In this document: one piece after another, positions 1-14,525 of the stretch
How positions within the stretch are numbered: position 1 is the stretch's first letter
Layout of the letters: each line of letters starts with the position of its first letter
DNA from: the human T2T-CHM13v2.0 reference genome, Homo sapiens
Length of the DNA: 64,000 nucleotides
NCBI RefSeq assembly: GCF_009914755.1
Contig: NC_060926.1
Direction: 5' to 3' (one strand)
The notes under the pieces: model-generated
What the model was told of the DNA's origin: nothing
Seen by the model: only the letters and a program-made list of their open reading frames with translations
Databases searched by the model: none
Translations under genes and position numbers: made by a program

Positions 1-1515
1 AGATTATAAGGCTGTATGCACAATGCTGACCTGTATAAATCAACTGGGTTTGAATTCTTGAAACTTGGAATAGAACATGTTCTTGTAGTTGCAGAAGCAT
101 TTTTCCTCTAATGAGATAAACAGATATCAAAGACAGTGGGTCATAAATACTTTGTCATTTTGTTCTCTATAAGAAAAGCAAAGTAAGAGATTTGGTAGGA
201 ATTCATTGGGTCTGCTTTTCACTCTGCTCATGATTTATCTGCCTCTCCTGTTGCTTATTTCCCATGAAATTAATAGTCTGCACAGGACCCACCAAGTTCT
301 ACCTGACACAGAAATAGATTGATGATTTTCTTCAGCTCATTTGTAGACCAAAGTATAATTTGTGTTGGAATAATTATCTTCCAAGAGCAGATATATCTAG
401 GGAAGTTGAGAAACCAGCACCGTCTCTCCTTCTTGACCCAGTGGTTCACAGATTGTTCTCGGACCTTCTCTTGGGTTAAAAGATGCTGCTGGTAAAAGGG
501 ATTCCTCAGTTTTGGGGGTTCTGGGGATATGATTAAGACTTCGTTTTTCTTTCCCTCTTTACTTCTCAAGGCGAGTAGTGTCTGAAATTCTTTGGGCATC
601 ACTCTGTGATTTATGTTTATTCATTTTTAAATTATGTGCATGGACTGTACTGACACATACATCATAAAACAGACAAAAGCAAATTTCGAAGGGATGTGGT
701 AATACATATATATAACTAGAAGTTCAACCATTTTCATGCCACTGTCCAAAGAATTTCATGTGCACCCCTGGCATGTACAGACCGCACTCTCAAGACTGCT
801 TCTCTCACTGCTCAGAGCCAAGTCTCTCATCTGAGCAGAGGAGGAGGGATTTTTCCTATCACAGCTGAAATTCATGGCGGGTATCCCAGTGCGCTCTTAT
901 ATCACACACATTTATCTTGCACAGGGGAGAGAAGAAGATGCATTTTATTTCTGTACCAATTCTGACATTAGGCACAGTATTAAATGAGCCCTTTTTGATT
1001 AAACAACTGCTAGCTCATACTACACAACTCTTAATGACTAGATTTGTAGTTTTAGCTTGTTCCACAGTGTGCTGAGGCTGAACATACCCAAGTGTGATAT
1101 TCAATGTTTCAACACATTCTATTGCTAACATCATGAAGGTTATCTTGAATAGAAATTAAATTCTTGCCACTCTGCCATCAAAAGAATATACTTGCTTCCA
1201 TTCTTACTATCTGCACACAGGAATTGTCTTTTAAAAGTGATTTATAAACACAAAAGTGGATGGTACTTTAAGTAGTTTATGATCAAAATTGCCAGAATCA
1301 ATGACATTTTCATTCACTATGTTTCATGGATAACATTTAGCAATGGCCTTGAGGGGAAAAAAGGAAGAGTTTGCTATGTCATAGAAAGTTCACATCCAAT
1401 TATACCCGAGTTGCTGTGCTTTTTTTCCTTAGCTACTGATTTTTCTTCTTCAGATAGCAAAAAGAGCCCTCGAACCCCATCAGGCAGACTGCTCGTAATT
1501 ATAATTGCAACGGTT

Positions 1516-1820
1516 CTTTTTTCATTTTTTTTGAGACAGAGTCTTGCTCTGTCTGTCACTCAGGCTAGAGCTGAGTGGCACGATCATAGCTCACTGCAGC
1601 TTTGAATTGGGCTCAGGTTATCAGGTGATCCTTTCACCTCAGCCTCCCAAGTAGCTGGGACTACAGGTGTGTGCTAGCACACCTGGCTGATTTAAAAAAA
1701 AAACAACTTTGTAGAGATGGGGTCTTGCTATGTTTCCCAAGCTGTTCTCAAACTCCTGGCCTCAAGAGATACTCTTGCCTTGGCCTCCCAAAGTGTTGGG
1801 ATTACAGGTGTGAGCCACTG
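1516..1820 (-). mobile_element. Alu, J-like
   Basis: T-rich tail then gagacagagtcttgctctg...gatcatagctcactgcagc...caaagtgttgggattacaggtgtgagccac. Confidence 0.92.
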
Positions 1821-3199
1821 GGTTTCCCTCACCCAGCGAGTGTCCTTGATTGCTATAAAAGATCAGTTTTTGTTGGAGGAGCGTCTGGACATTCCTTCCC
1901 ATTGAGAAAATGTCAATGCTAAGTGTGAAATGCCAGGGGATGGGAACATTGAAGGAATTGAGGTGGGTCACAGGGTTTTCCCAACAGTTAGCAAGAATGA
2001 ACTCTGCTTTCATCTTTGTGTACATCTGTAGTGCTGTGTGCTCCAGATAATCAGCTTATAATTACAGATTATATAATCACAGATTTTCAGATTATAATCA
2101 CAGATTATTCATGCCAGCAAACCACGACCTCAGATTGGCCATCTCTTCATGCCCTGAGCCTTGGAGCATGAGAGAGTCCGCCTTGGCCGTCGTCATGAAG
2201 CTGACAGCCTTTGTTTGCTGCAGAGTCACGGGAAACTACATGCTGCACCCCATCTTTCTTGCAACTCCGCCAGATAGCTGATTGCAGACCCAACAGTAAT
2301 GTCATGGGGACACCCATCAGGGAATGCATTAGCAAGTGAACAAACGGGGACAAATACAAACCATATTTAAGTTTCTGTTATCTTTAATTACTGAGGACAC
2401 ACTGAATTATTTTCTATAACTTGCTGGATGTCCTCCAGTGTTCAGACTTTTTAATATTTCGTTCATAGGTAAAAATCAATCAACTCATTTTTCCCCTAAG
2501 AACCTAAAGGATGTAATATATTCCCTTTTGGTTTCACCAAGTGATTTGACATTCTATAGCTAGGGAAGAGACTCCAGAAATGTAAGTAGGAAATTCTGAG
2601 TGTACAGATAATTCCAGAAGGCTTAATTGTCTCTTTACAACAGGTCACTCAAATGCAAACCCACACCATGCTTCCATCTGCCTTGCAAATAAGTACTAAC
2701 TTGCACTCTTAAGGTCTGTTACAGCAGAACTAGCAGGGTAGGGGCAGTGGTGGATGGGAGGCTATACTGGGCTTGGATCTCTTTTGTCTACATTTCAAGG
2801 AATTTTTATTTGGTGTGGGGGATGTGAGCACTTGCTTCACTCAACAATCATCAACAAATGTTAAAAATGATTTTTTTTTAAACAGGAGGCTGTTTAGTGA
2901 AAAACAGGGGTGGTCCCATGGGAATGTGCTTTCCCTAACTATACCCAGAGCAGTGAGGAAGGGGGTCTAAGTGAGTGGGGGCAGGCTGCTGGTTAACTTG
3001 AGTTTTAACACCTTTTTTTAAGTTCTCACAATTTTGAAAGCTGCTTGTAGGAAAACTTCTCTTGGTATTCAGACAATGGAAGTTTGGTTGAAGGAAGCTA
3101 CAACTTACAAGTATTGGAAAAACAGATAGGCTGAACTAAGGAGTGGCGGGAAAAGCAACAGTGACTGCCAACATCAACGGTTCAATATTGTCTTTTTCT

Positions 3200-3683
3200 A
3201 AGATACTTGAACGTGCATGTTTATAGCAGCACAATTCACAATTGCAAAATCATGGAACCGACCCAAAGGCCCATCAATCAGAGTGGATAAAGAAACTGTG
3301 TGTACACAATAGAATACTACTCAGCCATGAAAAGGAATGAATTAAGATCATTTTCAGTAACCTGGATGAGATTGGAGACTATTATTCTAAGTGAAGTAAC
3401 TCAGGAATGGAAAACCAAACGTTGTATGTTCTCACTGATCATTGGGAGCTAAGCTATGAGGACTCAAAGGCATAAGAATGATACAATAGACTTTGGGGAC
3501 TTGGGAGGAAGAGCGGGAGTGGGGCGAGGGATAAAAGACTACAAATATGGTGCAGTGTTTACTGCTCCAGTGCTGGGTGCACTAAAATCTCACAAATCAC
3601 CACTAAAGGACTTACTCATGTAACAAATACCACCTGTACTCCAATAACTTATGGAAAAACAAAATAAAAAAAATTAAAAAAAT
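3200..3683 (+). mobile_element. 5'-truncated L1 3' end (L1MA1/2-like) with TSD
   Basis: ORF2 C-terminal and 3'UTR motifs, A-rich tail. TSD ttgtctttttct at 3188-3199 and 3684-3695. Confidence 0.88.
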
Positions 3684-4778
3684 TTGTCTTTTTCTTCAGG
3701 TGTTTGAAACAAACAAAAAAGACACAAAGGAACTGTTTACTATACAGCAGTACAAGAAAAAATCCAGCCAGAAGATACCCGCTGAAGAAGCATCAAAGTC
3801 TTGTATTCCTTTCTCTCTCTCTCTTTTTTTTTCTCAAGTTACCTTTTCTTTCTGAAATTCAAGTTGGTAGGAGGAAAATAAGCACGCGTAGAATAAAAAA
3901 TTCATAGAGTTGAAAGGAATTTCAAGCAGTGATTCTTACCTGATTTTTATACTATAATGTGGGTGATAGGTGATTTGCACTCGGGCTACAGACTCCTGTC
4001 AATTATCCACAAAACCTGGCATACCAGCTCTAACTGCCTTCATTTCTCTCTCAAACCATATTATCAGAATGCCTGTGAGCAAGGGGGATGCTATTATCAG
4101 CATAATCTCAAATGGGTTTTAATTTATGAGACAGAATATATTGCTTGGAAGGAGTAGGCCCTTTGATTTTTGTATAGAAGATGTAGGGGTGGGGGCTTCA
4201 TCCAGATCATGCATTTTGAAGTGTTGGGGGTATATGGTGAGCTGAAGGATGAGTGCTCAGTCCCCCAAAGTCATCTCTAGGCACCACCACTGATTTGGAA
4301 AATTGGCAGCTGTATAAATAACTCATTACCTACCAGTCCTCTGAACAGGTCCCAACACATCTGATTTGGGAAAGTTAAAAAATAATGACAGGAGAGGTTA
4401 TAAAAGGGCAGTTTTGTATGCCATACAAATGTGACAGTTACTGAAATAAATAGGTCTGAGAGCCACTGAGAGGCGTGAAACAGAGTAGTTCCCCGTTGAC
4501 TTAACCACCGATACAGATGATTCTGCGGTATTATTTTGATGATGCCACAGGGGAAAGTGAGTGCTGCTTACTAATAGGCCCCAGATTGTAATTTTGGAAA
4601 TCTGTGGCATGGGTGTTTTTTAGAGCATGTTTTTATTTATAAGTTATCACACAGTTCTTGTTTTCACATTCTTCTGGCTGTATTTACAGGTTAAAATGCC
4701 AGACATTTTTTTTTTCCTGGTCAGGTATTCATCCATACATGCAGTCTTCTGGAGTTGTTATTTATTTCTTAAAAACGA

Positions 4779-5050
4779 TTTTCTTTTTTAGAGACAAGGT
4801 TTCATTCTGTTGTCCAGACTGGAGTGCAGTGGCGCGGTCATACTTTGCTGCAGCCCCAAACTCCTGGGCTCAAGTGATTGTCCCACCTCAGCTTCTGGAG
4901 TAGCTAGGATTACAGGCATGCTCTACCATGCCTAGCTACTTTTCTTTTTAAATTTTTTTGTAGAAACAGGGTGTTGCTTTGTCGACCAGGTTGGTGTCAA
5001 ACTCCTGGCCTCAAGCGATCCTCCCACCTTGGCCTTCCAGTGTTGGGATG
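4779..5050 (-). mobile_element. Alu, J-like, diverged
   Basis: gagacaaggtttc...ggagtgcagtggcgcg...ctcaagcgatcctcccaccttggcc. Confidence 0.9.
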
Positions 5051-5169
5051 ATAGTTATTTCTAAACAAGGTCAGATATAGCAGTATTTCTCATTAGATAT
5101 GAAACATTATAATTTGGGTTGTGGGTGTAATTTTAAAATATGTAGTTGATAAAGTGCTTGATAAACATT

Positions 5170-5700
5170 TATCCACTCACTTGGGTGGGCCTTTAAGTGC
5201 CAAATAATAGAATACCCAAATAAAAATGGCTTAGCCTACAAGGAAAACGTATTATCTTGTGTAACAGGACGTTTGGAGAAAGCCTGCATGTGGCTAGTTA
5301 ATTAAAGAGATTCAATGGTTTTGGGCTTTAGCAGACCCAAGGTAGGCAGTTTTGTCTTGAGCCATGTCTCTACCTGGTCATGACAGTTCTGTGAGTTGCT
5401 AGTTGTGAATTCTGTGAGTGAGCTAGGAAACGGAAGAAGCCAGTCCCCATTTTCCGATGTCTTCTTTTACAATAAATGTAATTTCCCAGAAGGCGTCCTG
5501 CAGACTTCCCACCGGTCTCATTGGCTAGAATTATGTCACGTGACCATTCTTAAAGCAATCCCGGGCAAGTGGAATGGACCATGATTTTCTTAGACCAATC
5601 AAGCTTCAGCCCTGGGGCTGGAGAAAGGGCCCAGGCTCCCCAGGAAGCACTTGGCTGGCTGACACCTGAACAAAATCTGGCTTTGGTCAGCCACGGAAGA
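5170..5700 (-). mobile_element. Old MaLR LTR (MLT1K/L-like)
   Basis: gacttccc...ctcattggctagaattatgtcacgtgacc...ttagaccaatc, motifs typical of MLT1 read in reverse complement. Confidence 0.6.
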
Positions 5701-7159
5701 GGGGTTCCAGAGAGCCACACAAGATAGAGCCTGAAGCAGCAGGTGTGTTCAGGCGGCAGTCCCATCCTGCCTATGGTCATTCCATAGTAGGAGAAGACTG
5801 AGAAGAGAACTCAGATTTTCTTCCAGCTTTTCCAGATCTACCACTTTCTCCACATACTGCCCTAATAGACACATGGAAGTGCCCTGAAAGCCCTGTGCTT
5901 TTCTGTTTGAAGAGCTGTTTGAGTCTCTTTAATCTCTAGAGATTCAGAGATGGCATGGTTGGTTCTAAGGAGGCTTATTTATAATTGCACTTTTAAAATT
6001 GAAGGTAAATGTTCAAAATTGTGCATTCTAGGGAATATTAATGTACTTTAAGATCAGAAGGTGCAGTTGCTATGAATTTAATACACATTGGATTGGAGAG
6101 CTTGGTGCTTCAGTGCTTCCTATGTACAGCCTTTGTCCTCACTCTCGTCCCCATTCCCCCACCCCTGGATGTTCAGTGCCTCCCAAGAAGAGCTTCATGG
6201 AGAGCATTTTTCTGAATATCTCCCTTCACCCCCACTCCTCAAACCAGGTTCATTTATAGAATCTGTTCAAGCCAGGCTATGACTTTTTTTAACTTCTTGA
6301 TTTCTTGGAGGAAAACAACAACAACATATTTCATTTCTATCCTTTGACTGGCAACTGAGTGACCATGATTACAACTTCCCAGTGCATCTATAAATATAAT
6401 AACTTTGAACAAGAAAATTAGCAAATCACTCCTTGCTATTGCCAGTGTCCTGGTGTGTTGATAGTGGCGCGTGTTCAAAATTAGAAATTAAACAATTCTA
6501 ATTTGAAGAAAAGCCACTTAACTCATGTCTGTATTGGGCTTTCATTATCTTTGAAATTTCTGTGAAGTATCATCTGCTTTTGAAATGACAAGCTGGAAGA
6601 CCTGGGGAGGAAGCAGTTGTTCAGCAGTATATGTTTCTGTGTTTGGAGGAGTGGGATGGACCCTGGTCATCTCAGCAGGAATGTTCAAGTCAAAACCTTT
6701 CCAGCAAACCTCAGGTTTCCTGTGCTAGGCTCCTCTTGGACCTCTCGTTCGACACCGAGAGACCTATTTATTACAGCTTGATACTTCCTCAGAGCAGGAA
6801 TTATGAAGCAAGAAAACAATCTGAACTGTTACAGATGGGCTGAGCTAGCAGGATTTTAGCACAGAAGCCTCAGAAGATGGTGTAAAGCCACAAGGTATGT
6901 GGGTGGGCATATATTTGGACCACCATATTGCATGCCAACTTGTAGGTTCGACAAGAAAAAAAAAAAGCAAGCAAGCAGGCAGGAGAGAAAGGAAAGGAGA
7001 TAGGAAGCCCAAGAAGGAAGGCAGGAAGGAACAGATGAGCAACTATTTGGTGGATCTTCAGGGAACCATCTCCATAGATCTTGTTTCCTTAAATATCCAT
7101 TAGGTACATTTAGCTTTCTAAAATACAATGTTATGTCTTTCCTTTAAGTAAAAATATCG

Positions 7160-7680
7160 GATAGATTCCTTAATAAGTTAAACATAGAAGAACCAAATAT
7201 CCCAGCAATTCCACTAGTAGGTATATACCCCCAAAAGTTGAAAACAGATACTCAGACAAAAACACTGTACATAAATGTTCACAACAGCACTATTTGCAAT
7301 AGCCAAAATATGGAAACAATCCAAATGTCCATCAACTGATGAATAGATAAGAAAATGTGGTATGTCCATACAATGGAACATTATTCAGCCATAAAAAGGA
7401 ATGAAATACTGACACACGTTACAACATGGATGGACCTTAAAAACACTATGCTCGGTGAAAGAAGTCAGACACCAAAGGCCATAAGTTGTATGATTTTATT
7501 TATGAAATATACAGATTAGGCAAACCCACAGAGACAGAAAACAGGGAGGGGATAATAGGGAGTGACTGCTTAATGGGTAAGTGATTTTCTTTTAGGTTTG
7601 TGAAAATGTTCTGGAAATAGATATTGGGAGTGATTGCACAATGTACTAAATGTCACTAAATCGTACACTTTAGTTAAGAT
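7160..7680 (+). mobile_element. Old L1 3' end (L1MB/MC-like)
   Basis: cccagcaattccac, caaatgtccatcaactgatgaatagataa, cagccataaaaaggaatgaa. Confidence 0.85.
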
Positions 7681-7699
7681 GTAAACAAAAAAACCCCAA

Positions 7700-8220
7700 A
7701 TCTCTGATAATTTCCCACTGCCTACAGCTACAAGTCTGAATTTAGCAGGTCATAAAAAAGCTTTTACCTTGTGGCTCCAGCTGCCTTTCTGGTTATATAC
7801 CCAGCTACTTCTGCATGAAATCTAGGATCAAGTCACATAAGACCATTTTCTAGTCCTTCAATACACATGCACTTTCGTATCTCTGTGTCATTGTGAATAC
7901 TGCTTCCTCTGCCTGAATACCATCCTCTCTTGTCCATCTGGACAGCATCTACTTTTCCTTGAAAGCTTAGTGCTATTCTTATTTCCTCTCTAGCTTTCCT
8001 TGCCTCTGTCCTCAGCACCTCTCTCATTCCCTGCAGAATTAATTGCTGTATTAACTGGGATGCCATTGTACTTTATACATACCTTTATGATAGCACTTTC
8101 TACATTGTACTGTATGGTTTCCTTGTTAATTTTACATCCTATCTTAAGGCCAGGGATGGATACCATCCAGGTTAGTATTGGGCACATGGCGATCTGCCAT
8201 AGAATGGTTGTTGAAATTTG
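7700..8220 (+). mobile_element. L2 3' fragment
   Basis: Degenerate pyrimidine-rich L2 3' motifs ending ggcacat...gttgttgaa. Confidence 0.55.
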
Positions 8221-9089
8221 CCTTAGATTGATTCAAATCACGGTCATATCTGACCCACTCTCTTCTCACCCACTTCAGTGTTTTTGTTGTTGTTGTTCAA
8301 TTCAAGGACAGGAGAAGTGAGAGTTATTCTCAGTTTTCAAAGACTAAGACACTAATTATTAATCCAAAGAAGATAAGGTACTTGGTGTTAAAAAAAAAGT
8401 AGTAATAGTGGTAGATGGGTAAAATGCTGACATTTATTATACACTTTTTTTTGAAGTATTCAAAAAAAATCAGTGTATAACTAACAAAGAGTGCATCTTT
8501 ATGGAGATTTTCCTCATAAAATGTTCTTAATCCTTAATAGAAGGATTATATCATTATGTAGGTGTTTTTGTCTCTTTACTTATCTCCATAGGAAGTCACT
8601 ACCTTCAAGAAACTCTTCCTTTGTCTCTGTTCTTTCACAGGACTTAGTAGGGCAGTTTTCAGAAGACGGAAACTCAATATATTGGTCATACTTTGCCAGG
8701 TTCATTCTATGTATGTCCTTTTTCTGTTTTGGTTTATTAAATATTCTTTTTCCAGTAAAACGGTTGCAATTCCAGTTACATACTTTCCTTGATCAGAAAG
8801 CAGAATAGCTGGAATGAGTTGCTGCAAGAAAGACTCTTGGTTGCTGTCCTTCATCAGGCTCTTCACTGAACCACCCTGCTGCTGTGTCAGACTTGCTACT
8901 AGGGAGATTCCTGTATGCTGAAAAAAGCCTGGAGAATCACGTGGGGTGTGAGGGTGCTCTTCAGGCTCTTCAAGCAGAGGTGGCTCTTCAAGAGACCGGT
9001 GGTTTTACTGGCATTCTGAAGCAATCTTCCTCCTAACAAGTTGATTTTGCAGTTTATTGAGGTGACAGGAGACTGGAGATTTGGGGCAT

Positions 9090-9215
9090 GTTCTTTACTC
9101 TGCTCTTAACTAGCTATGTGACCTTGGCAAGTGACCTTACCTCTTCAGATCTTGATTTTCTCATATGTAAATATGGAGGTTGGATTCGTGTAACCTGTTT
9201 AGTCTCTTGTAGCTT
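9090..9215. mobile_element. MIR fragment
   Basis: Core tagctatgtgaccttggcaagtgaccttacctct...ttctcatatgtaaa. Confidence 0.7.
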
Positions 9216-10954
9216 TAACCAGCTGTAGTTATAAGATGCCTAGAAAACAGCAACTTAATTAACTCAGCAAAGTGTCAGGATGGGAAAAGGTCAGTTCTCT
9301 CTAGAAGTGGGTAAGCATTAGGACAGCCCAAGTTTAAGGGCCTTTTTCGGTTTTCAAATTGTTCACTCACAGAGCTTTTCTTTGCTCTTTTGAATGTGAC
9401 ATGCTTTCTTATTGCTAATTTTCTTTTTCATTTCCTGAGGGATTCAAAGGAGAAATTGGAACTTTTCTATCGTTTCAGGAATTGTTTTCTGTTGGAGCAA
9501 CATTTACCATTTGGTTAGAAGGACTCAACTGTATAATTTATAATTTTTTTCTTAGATGATTTCATAGGGAATTGATAATAAGTTATACCTGGTGTCAGGA
9601 ACTGGAATTAGAGTTCATAGTAGAGAATGCAAAAGGAGTATACCCTTTAGAAAACTACTTAGTATAATTTAAATTTTGCCTTAATTGCCCATTTTAAATT
9701 TCTTTGAAGAAGTTTTGAAAAGATTTTGATGAAAGAAAAAAACATGCTTTTTTTTGTTTCAACAGGAAAAACATTGTAGGTTTATTCCTTCTTTGCTTCA
9801 TGAGAGTATTTAATACTCATAATTCATGTGAAGACAAAGAGAAGTCTATAATTGTGCTTCATTTTATTCAAAAGTTTTAGATAGTGCTTTTTGAATTTAA
9901 TAATTCTGTGTTAAATACCTGGAAGTTATACTTAATCACTTTAATTTAATTTGTATTATGAATCTGGATTATTCATTTCAATTTCTTTGTTTTTTTTTCC
10001 TTGAATGTTATTTCTAGGTAGCTTGCCACATATTGCAATTGGGATAATAGTTAATTTTATTCAAAGCCCTACTCAAGAAATTTGAACATGACATGACTTT
10101 CTGTGACCCCCAATTTCCTCGTTTATACTGATGAAAGGACATATCTAGGTAAACCTCTTTAGTCATACGTGGCAATGATTATAATGGCAGATCTGCTACT
10201 CAACCTCTGATGCTTGATAGGACCTGTTTTTACTTAAATCCTTCCACACAAAGCAGACATTAGGTAGACATGCCAAGAGATCTGTGTCATCTCCATCAGG
10301 GTCAGGCTGATTCTCATTGAAAGAGCCACAGTGTGACTTCCAGAAGACAGAATGTATATGATCTAAGGTATTGAGCATACCACCTCATGTTTGCCCTGTC
10401 ATAAGCATTTTGGTCATTCGGAAGACTTAAAAGATTAAGAGGAGAAAAATGAAAGTGTTCAATATAGCTTAATAGAACTGTACTGGACAGTGATGGGAAA
10501 GAGGGGGAGAGAGACACCTCCGTGGATGAGGACCATCACATATTGGTCTTCGAATTGGTGTCTTGATTTGGAAATATGTTTCTTAGAATTTTTTTTTATT
10601 CTGTTGGGATTTTTGTTTGTTTGTTTCATTCTACTAGCAGTCACACTAGGGAAGAGTCTTACAAAATCCATGGGAGACTATGAACTAGAAAACTGAAATT
10701 ACTCTGTAGTAGCCATATGATGAGTGCATTAGTCATGGAATAAAAGAAAAAGCACCTTAAATTTACACAGCAACTTTCTCTCACAAAACTCAGAGCAGTT
10801 TTTACAAAGGGAGAAAGGAGCCTTGTTTCCTGACTAAGTGTATATGATCAGGAGAATAACATTGGAACTGCTGGTAGTTATCACCTGTCTACAGTGGAGA
10901 TGGTGTTCATGTACTCCAGAGGGAGAGGAATAGGAACCCTGAGAACCAGGAGCT

Positions 10955-11075
10955 GTAGGCCTGGCCTTGGCTCTTCCTGCTCCCTGTGGGACATTGGCAA
11001 GTCATTTCAACTTCTCTAGACCTCAGTTTCTCATTTTAAAAGTGAAGGGTCAGACTTCATGCTTTCTAACAGTTT
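10955..11075. mobile_element. MIR fragment
   Basis: ggcaagtcatttcaacttctctagacctcagtttctcattttaaaa. Confidence 0.7.
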
Positions 11076-13559
11076 ACCTTTTTATTATATTTTATGACTT
11101 ACTTGGAGCATCAGGAAGTACAGAATGAGTTTTCCAAATAGCTAAAACCTACCTCTCTGTGCATCAAAACTTGTATTTATCAAACTGGATGAATATATTC
11201 ATTCAGTGCATTATGCACATGTCTGCCTTCTGAAACAGAGAGCGCTAATTTTAACTTTTGCTTAATGACTCAAGGTTATCAGTGTGAACTATGATGTAAT
11301 GCCTAGGTTCCCTTAGGGAATGCAGAGGTTTGTAGAACTATTTGCCTTAAAACTAAATGATGCAGTTTACTATGTTTTTTTTTTTTAAATATTGTGCTTG
11401 TTTTGATTTTTTAAAATGCTTATTGCCTTCCTAAATATCGTATGCTTCTGCTTCTGTTGTCTGCCTCTGGCTGTCCCTTTGAATATTCCACTTTGCTGCT
11501 TCTGCTGGCCCAGGAGCCAGGGGCCATAGATGAAGCAAGTAGATACTAGGTCTGAAGTTGGGGCAAATAGTTCCCAGGTGAGGTTTCAGGAGGTACTCCT
11601 GCTAGTGAAGACTTTGGGACATTATTGCCACTGCCTGGGGCCTTTGAGATATTTTTCTGTGTTCTAATGAGAGACCCTTAATAAGTACACTATCAAGGTA
11701 TATGGCATTTACTATTTAGAGAATGATGTAAATTTTGTGGCTCTCCTTCCTAGAGGAGAAAATGAGGATGAAAGCAGGGCAAGAATTACATAGCCAAGGG
11801 ACCTCAAGAGGGCTCAGAAATATAAATGGGTCACAGGGTCTGTGAAAGTGTCCAGATGACTGACAGGTGTGAGCAGATCTCATTTGTGGGGCATCCCACA
11901 CAATTCTCCTCTTCACAGCCTGGGCTTTCCAGCCAGTCTCTAACATGACAGCCCATTACCACCTCCTCAAGATAAAGCAGATACAGGGGGATGGCAGTGG
12001 CAAAGGCTGAATTAGGACCCATGGATGCAGAACTTCTAGTTAATTGTTCTTCTATTGATCTTCAGGACTACTTGCGGTAGATTAAGAAAATTTAAATTGG
12101 TTATTCATTTTCTCTGTATTTACAGGCAAATGCCACTTTATTAGCTTGCAAAATACGGTGTCGTCCATTTCAGCATAAATCTGGACACTGACTAATTTGC
12201 ACTTGTTTAATCTGCAAGGCTGGCAATTTTGGGAAGCCTCCTACCTCCTCCATCGTCCGTCCCCATAGTCTCACCTCACCCATCCAGCAAAGCCGAGAAT
12301 GTTATTTTAGGCTATGGAAGCCATGTTAAAAATACCACTGGGTTTCTCTAAGCTTTTCTGAAGTTTTAAAAGAAATAAATAAAAATAAGGCCAGTCTCAC
12401 ATGGGGCTCTCCTTTGCTGTATTTTCTGGGCAGTCACGGAAGAGAAGTAACATGCCCTGCAATCGGATCTGGTGCTGTTCCAGGACACAGCTTCCCTGTC
12501 CAGGATGTGGACAGGAGCTTATCCCAGGCAGGATAGAGCCTGGAAAGTCTAATATATGCAGCTGTAATTTCACCTAAGATTGGGTATTTGTAGTTCCTGA
12601 GGGTGATAGGGAAGTGTTGGAAAAAGCCACGAGGTGATCAGCAATTAGGGAAATAGGGCTGTATGCCACCTATTTTGGCACTGCAGTTAAGTATGCCACA
12701 ATCGTGTACCACTTGCATTAGCTTTTCCCTTCCTTTTAACACAATCAGTATGGATGAGGATGGGCACAGTGTGGAAGCAACTTCTGCTTTCTTCCCTTCT
12801 AATATCAGCCCCCTCCTGACTTCTAGAAAAATACTGACGTACTTGAGATCAGGCTTCTGGAATTACAGTTCCTTTAGCAGTGCCTTATTTATTGAAAGCT
12901 TTGGATTGACTTCTTTATTGATTTGGGCTGATAATCATGCAGTCTGTTGGGCTGTTCCTAATTATTTGGTTATCTTAATTATTGAATTATGTATGATCTG
13001 TTCTGTTCACGTAACTTTTCAGCAAAAATAATTGAACCAGCTGAAGAGTGCATGCATCTACCTAGTTCTGATCTGCTTCTGCCTCTAGCCTTTTGTGTCA
13101 TGTTAAATGAATCATTTTGCTTCCATGTTTTTATTTTCTCCTCTGTGAACATAGAATGATATTTATCTTGTGGTTTAAGATTTAGGGTTGCTAAATATCA
13201 GGTGCTATCAAAATGTAAATTATTGCTATCAGTTTGATAGGGCCATTCATGCTGACTTCATGGAGTTTAAATTTTTTTTTTCTGATTATGAACTTTCATA
13301 TATACATGCTTATTGTGATAAATGCAGAAAACTGTAAAGAAGGAAAAAAATAATCTGTTATCCTGCCAGTTAGTTATATAAACCTGTTAAAAGATTTGTT
13401 TTCATTCAGTCTTTATGCTAATGTATACACAAACATATTATTTGAGATACTGTGAAATATACTGCTTTGTATCGAGCATTAAGCCACATAATTTTCCAGT
13501 TTTGATCATTTTTAATATCTGCAAAGTATTTTAATGTGTGGATGCATAGCCACCTATTC

Positions 13560-14525
13560 CCATATGTCCTCATATCCCTTTCTTACCCAACTGACAGAAC
13601 CATCTAAAATAAACTTGATCATATCACCTCCTTGCTTAAATCCTTCTGCAGCTCCTGATAACTTACTGGATGGAGTCTTGTTGCGTGGGGGAGGGAGCTC
13701 TTCTCCCCCGGTCCCTGTCGACCTTTCCTCTTAGCTCTTTATTTCTCATCACTCTCCCTCTCATGCTTTTTGCTCCAGCAATACTGAACCTCCTGTCAGT
13801 TCCTATAAACAACCCTGTCCCCTACACCTTCGCTTTTGCTGTTCCTCTGTCTGGAACAGCCATTTACTTCCCCCAGTGCCACCCACACGTGCCCCTGGAC
13901 CCGGCTGAGTTTGACAAAGGAAGGATTCTCCAACCTCCTCTCACTGGAACCTTTTTCTCTTGGCAGTTTTGTATTGGCCTGTTTATATTTCCATCCCTTA
14001 TATTACTGCCTCTAATCTGTTCTTCATGCAAGGGCCACAGTAAAATGTTTTTTGCTTGTTTTAAAAAATCAATTCTGATCATGCCTTTTCCTAGTTTATA
14101 ATCTCTGGTGACTTCCATTGGGGTTCCCAATAGAGAGCAAGTCTCAGCCCAGCCTTCATTCCCTCCATGGTCTAGCCGCCTCCTTCCTTTCTAGCAACTT
14201 CTTCAGTGATGCCCCCTTACTCTCCACAGCCCAGGCCTGCAGGTCTTCCTGTTCAGGAGTGAGCTGCTCTCTCACCACAAAACCCTGTGCATGCTCTTCC
14301 TTCTGCCCTAAAGGATCATCTTGCTTATCCTGGGGATGTCAGCCCTCTTCCTGTTATGGCTCAGGCACCCTGTTCTATGATTTCAGAACACTCAGTACTT
14401 CTCCTTTATGTCAGAGTTGTAATTTGACATCTCTTTGTGCTAGTCTTTCAATAATGCCCCTGTCCTTCTCTAGACTCTAAGCTCTGTGAGGGTAGGGCTT
14501 TTGTTTGTTTTCATTCATTTTATAG
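13560..14525 (+). mobile_element. L2 fragments
   Basis: tgatcatatcacctccttgcttaaa...ctagactctaagctctgtgagggtaggg. Confidence 0.6.
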
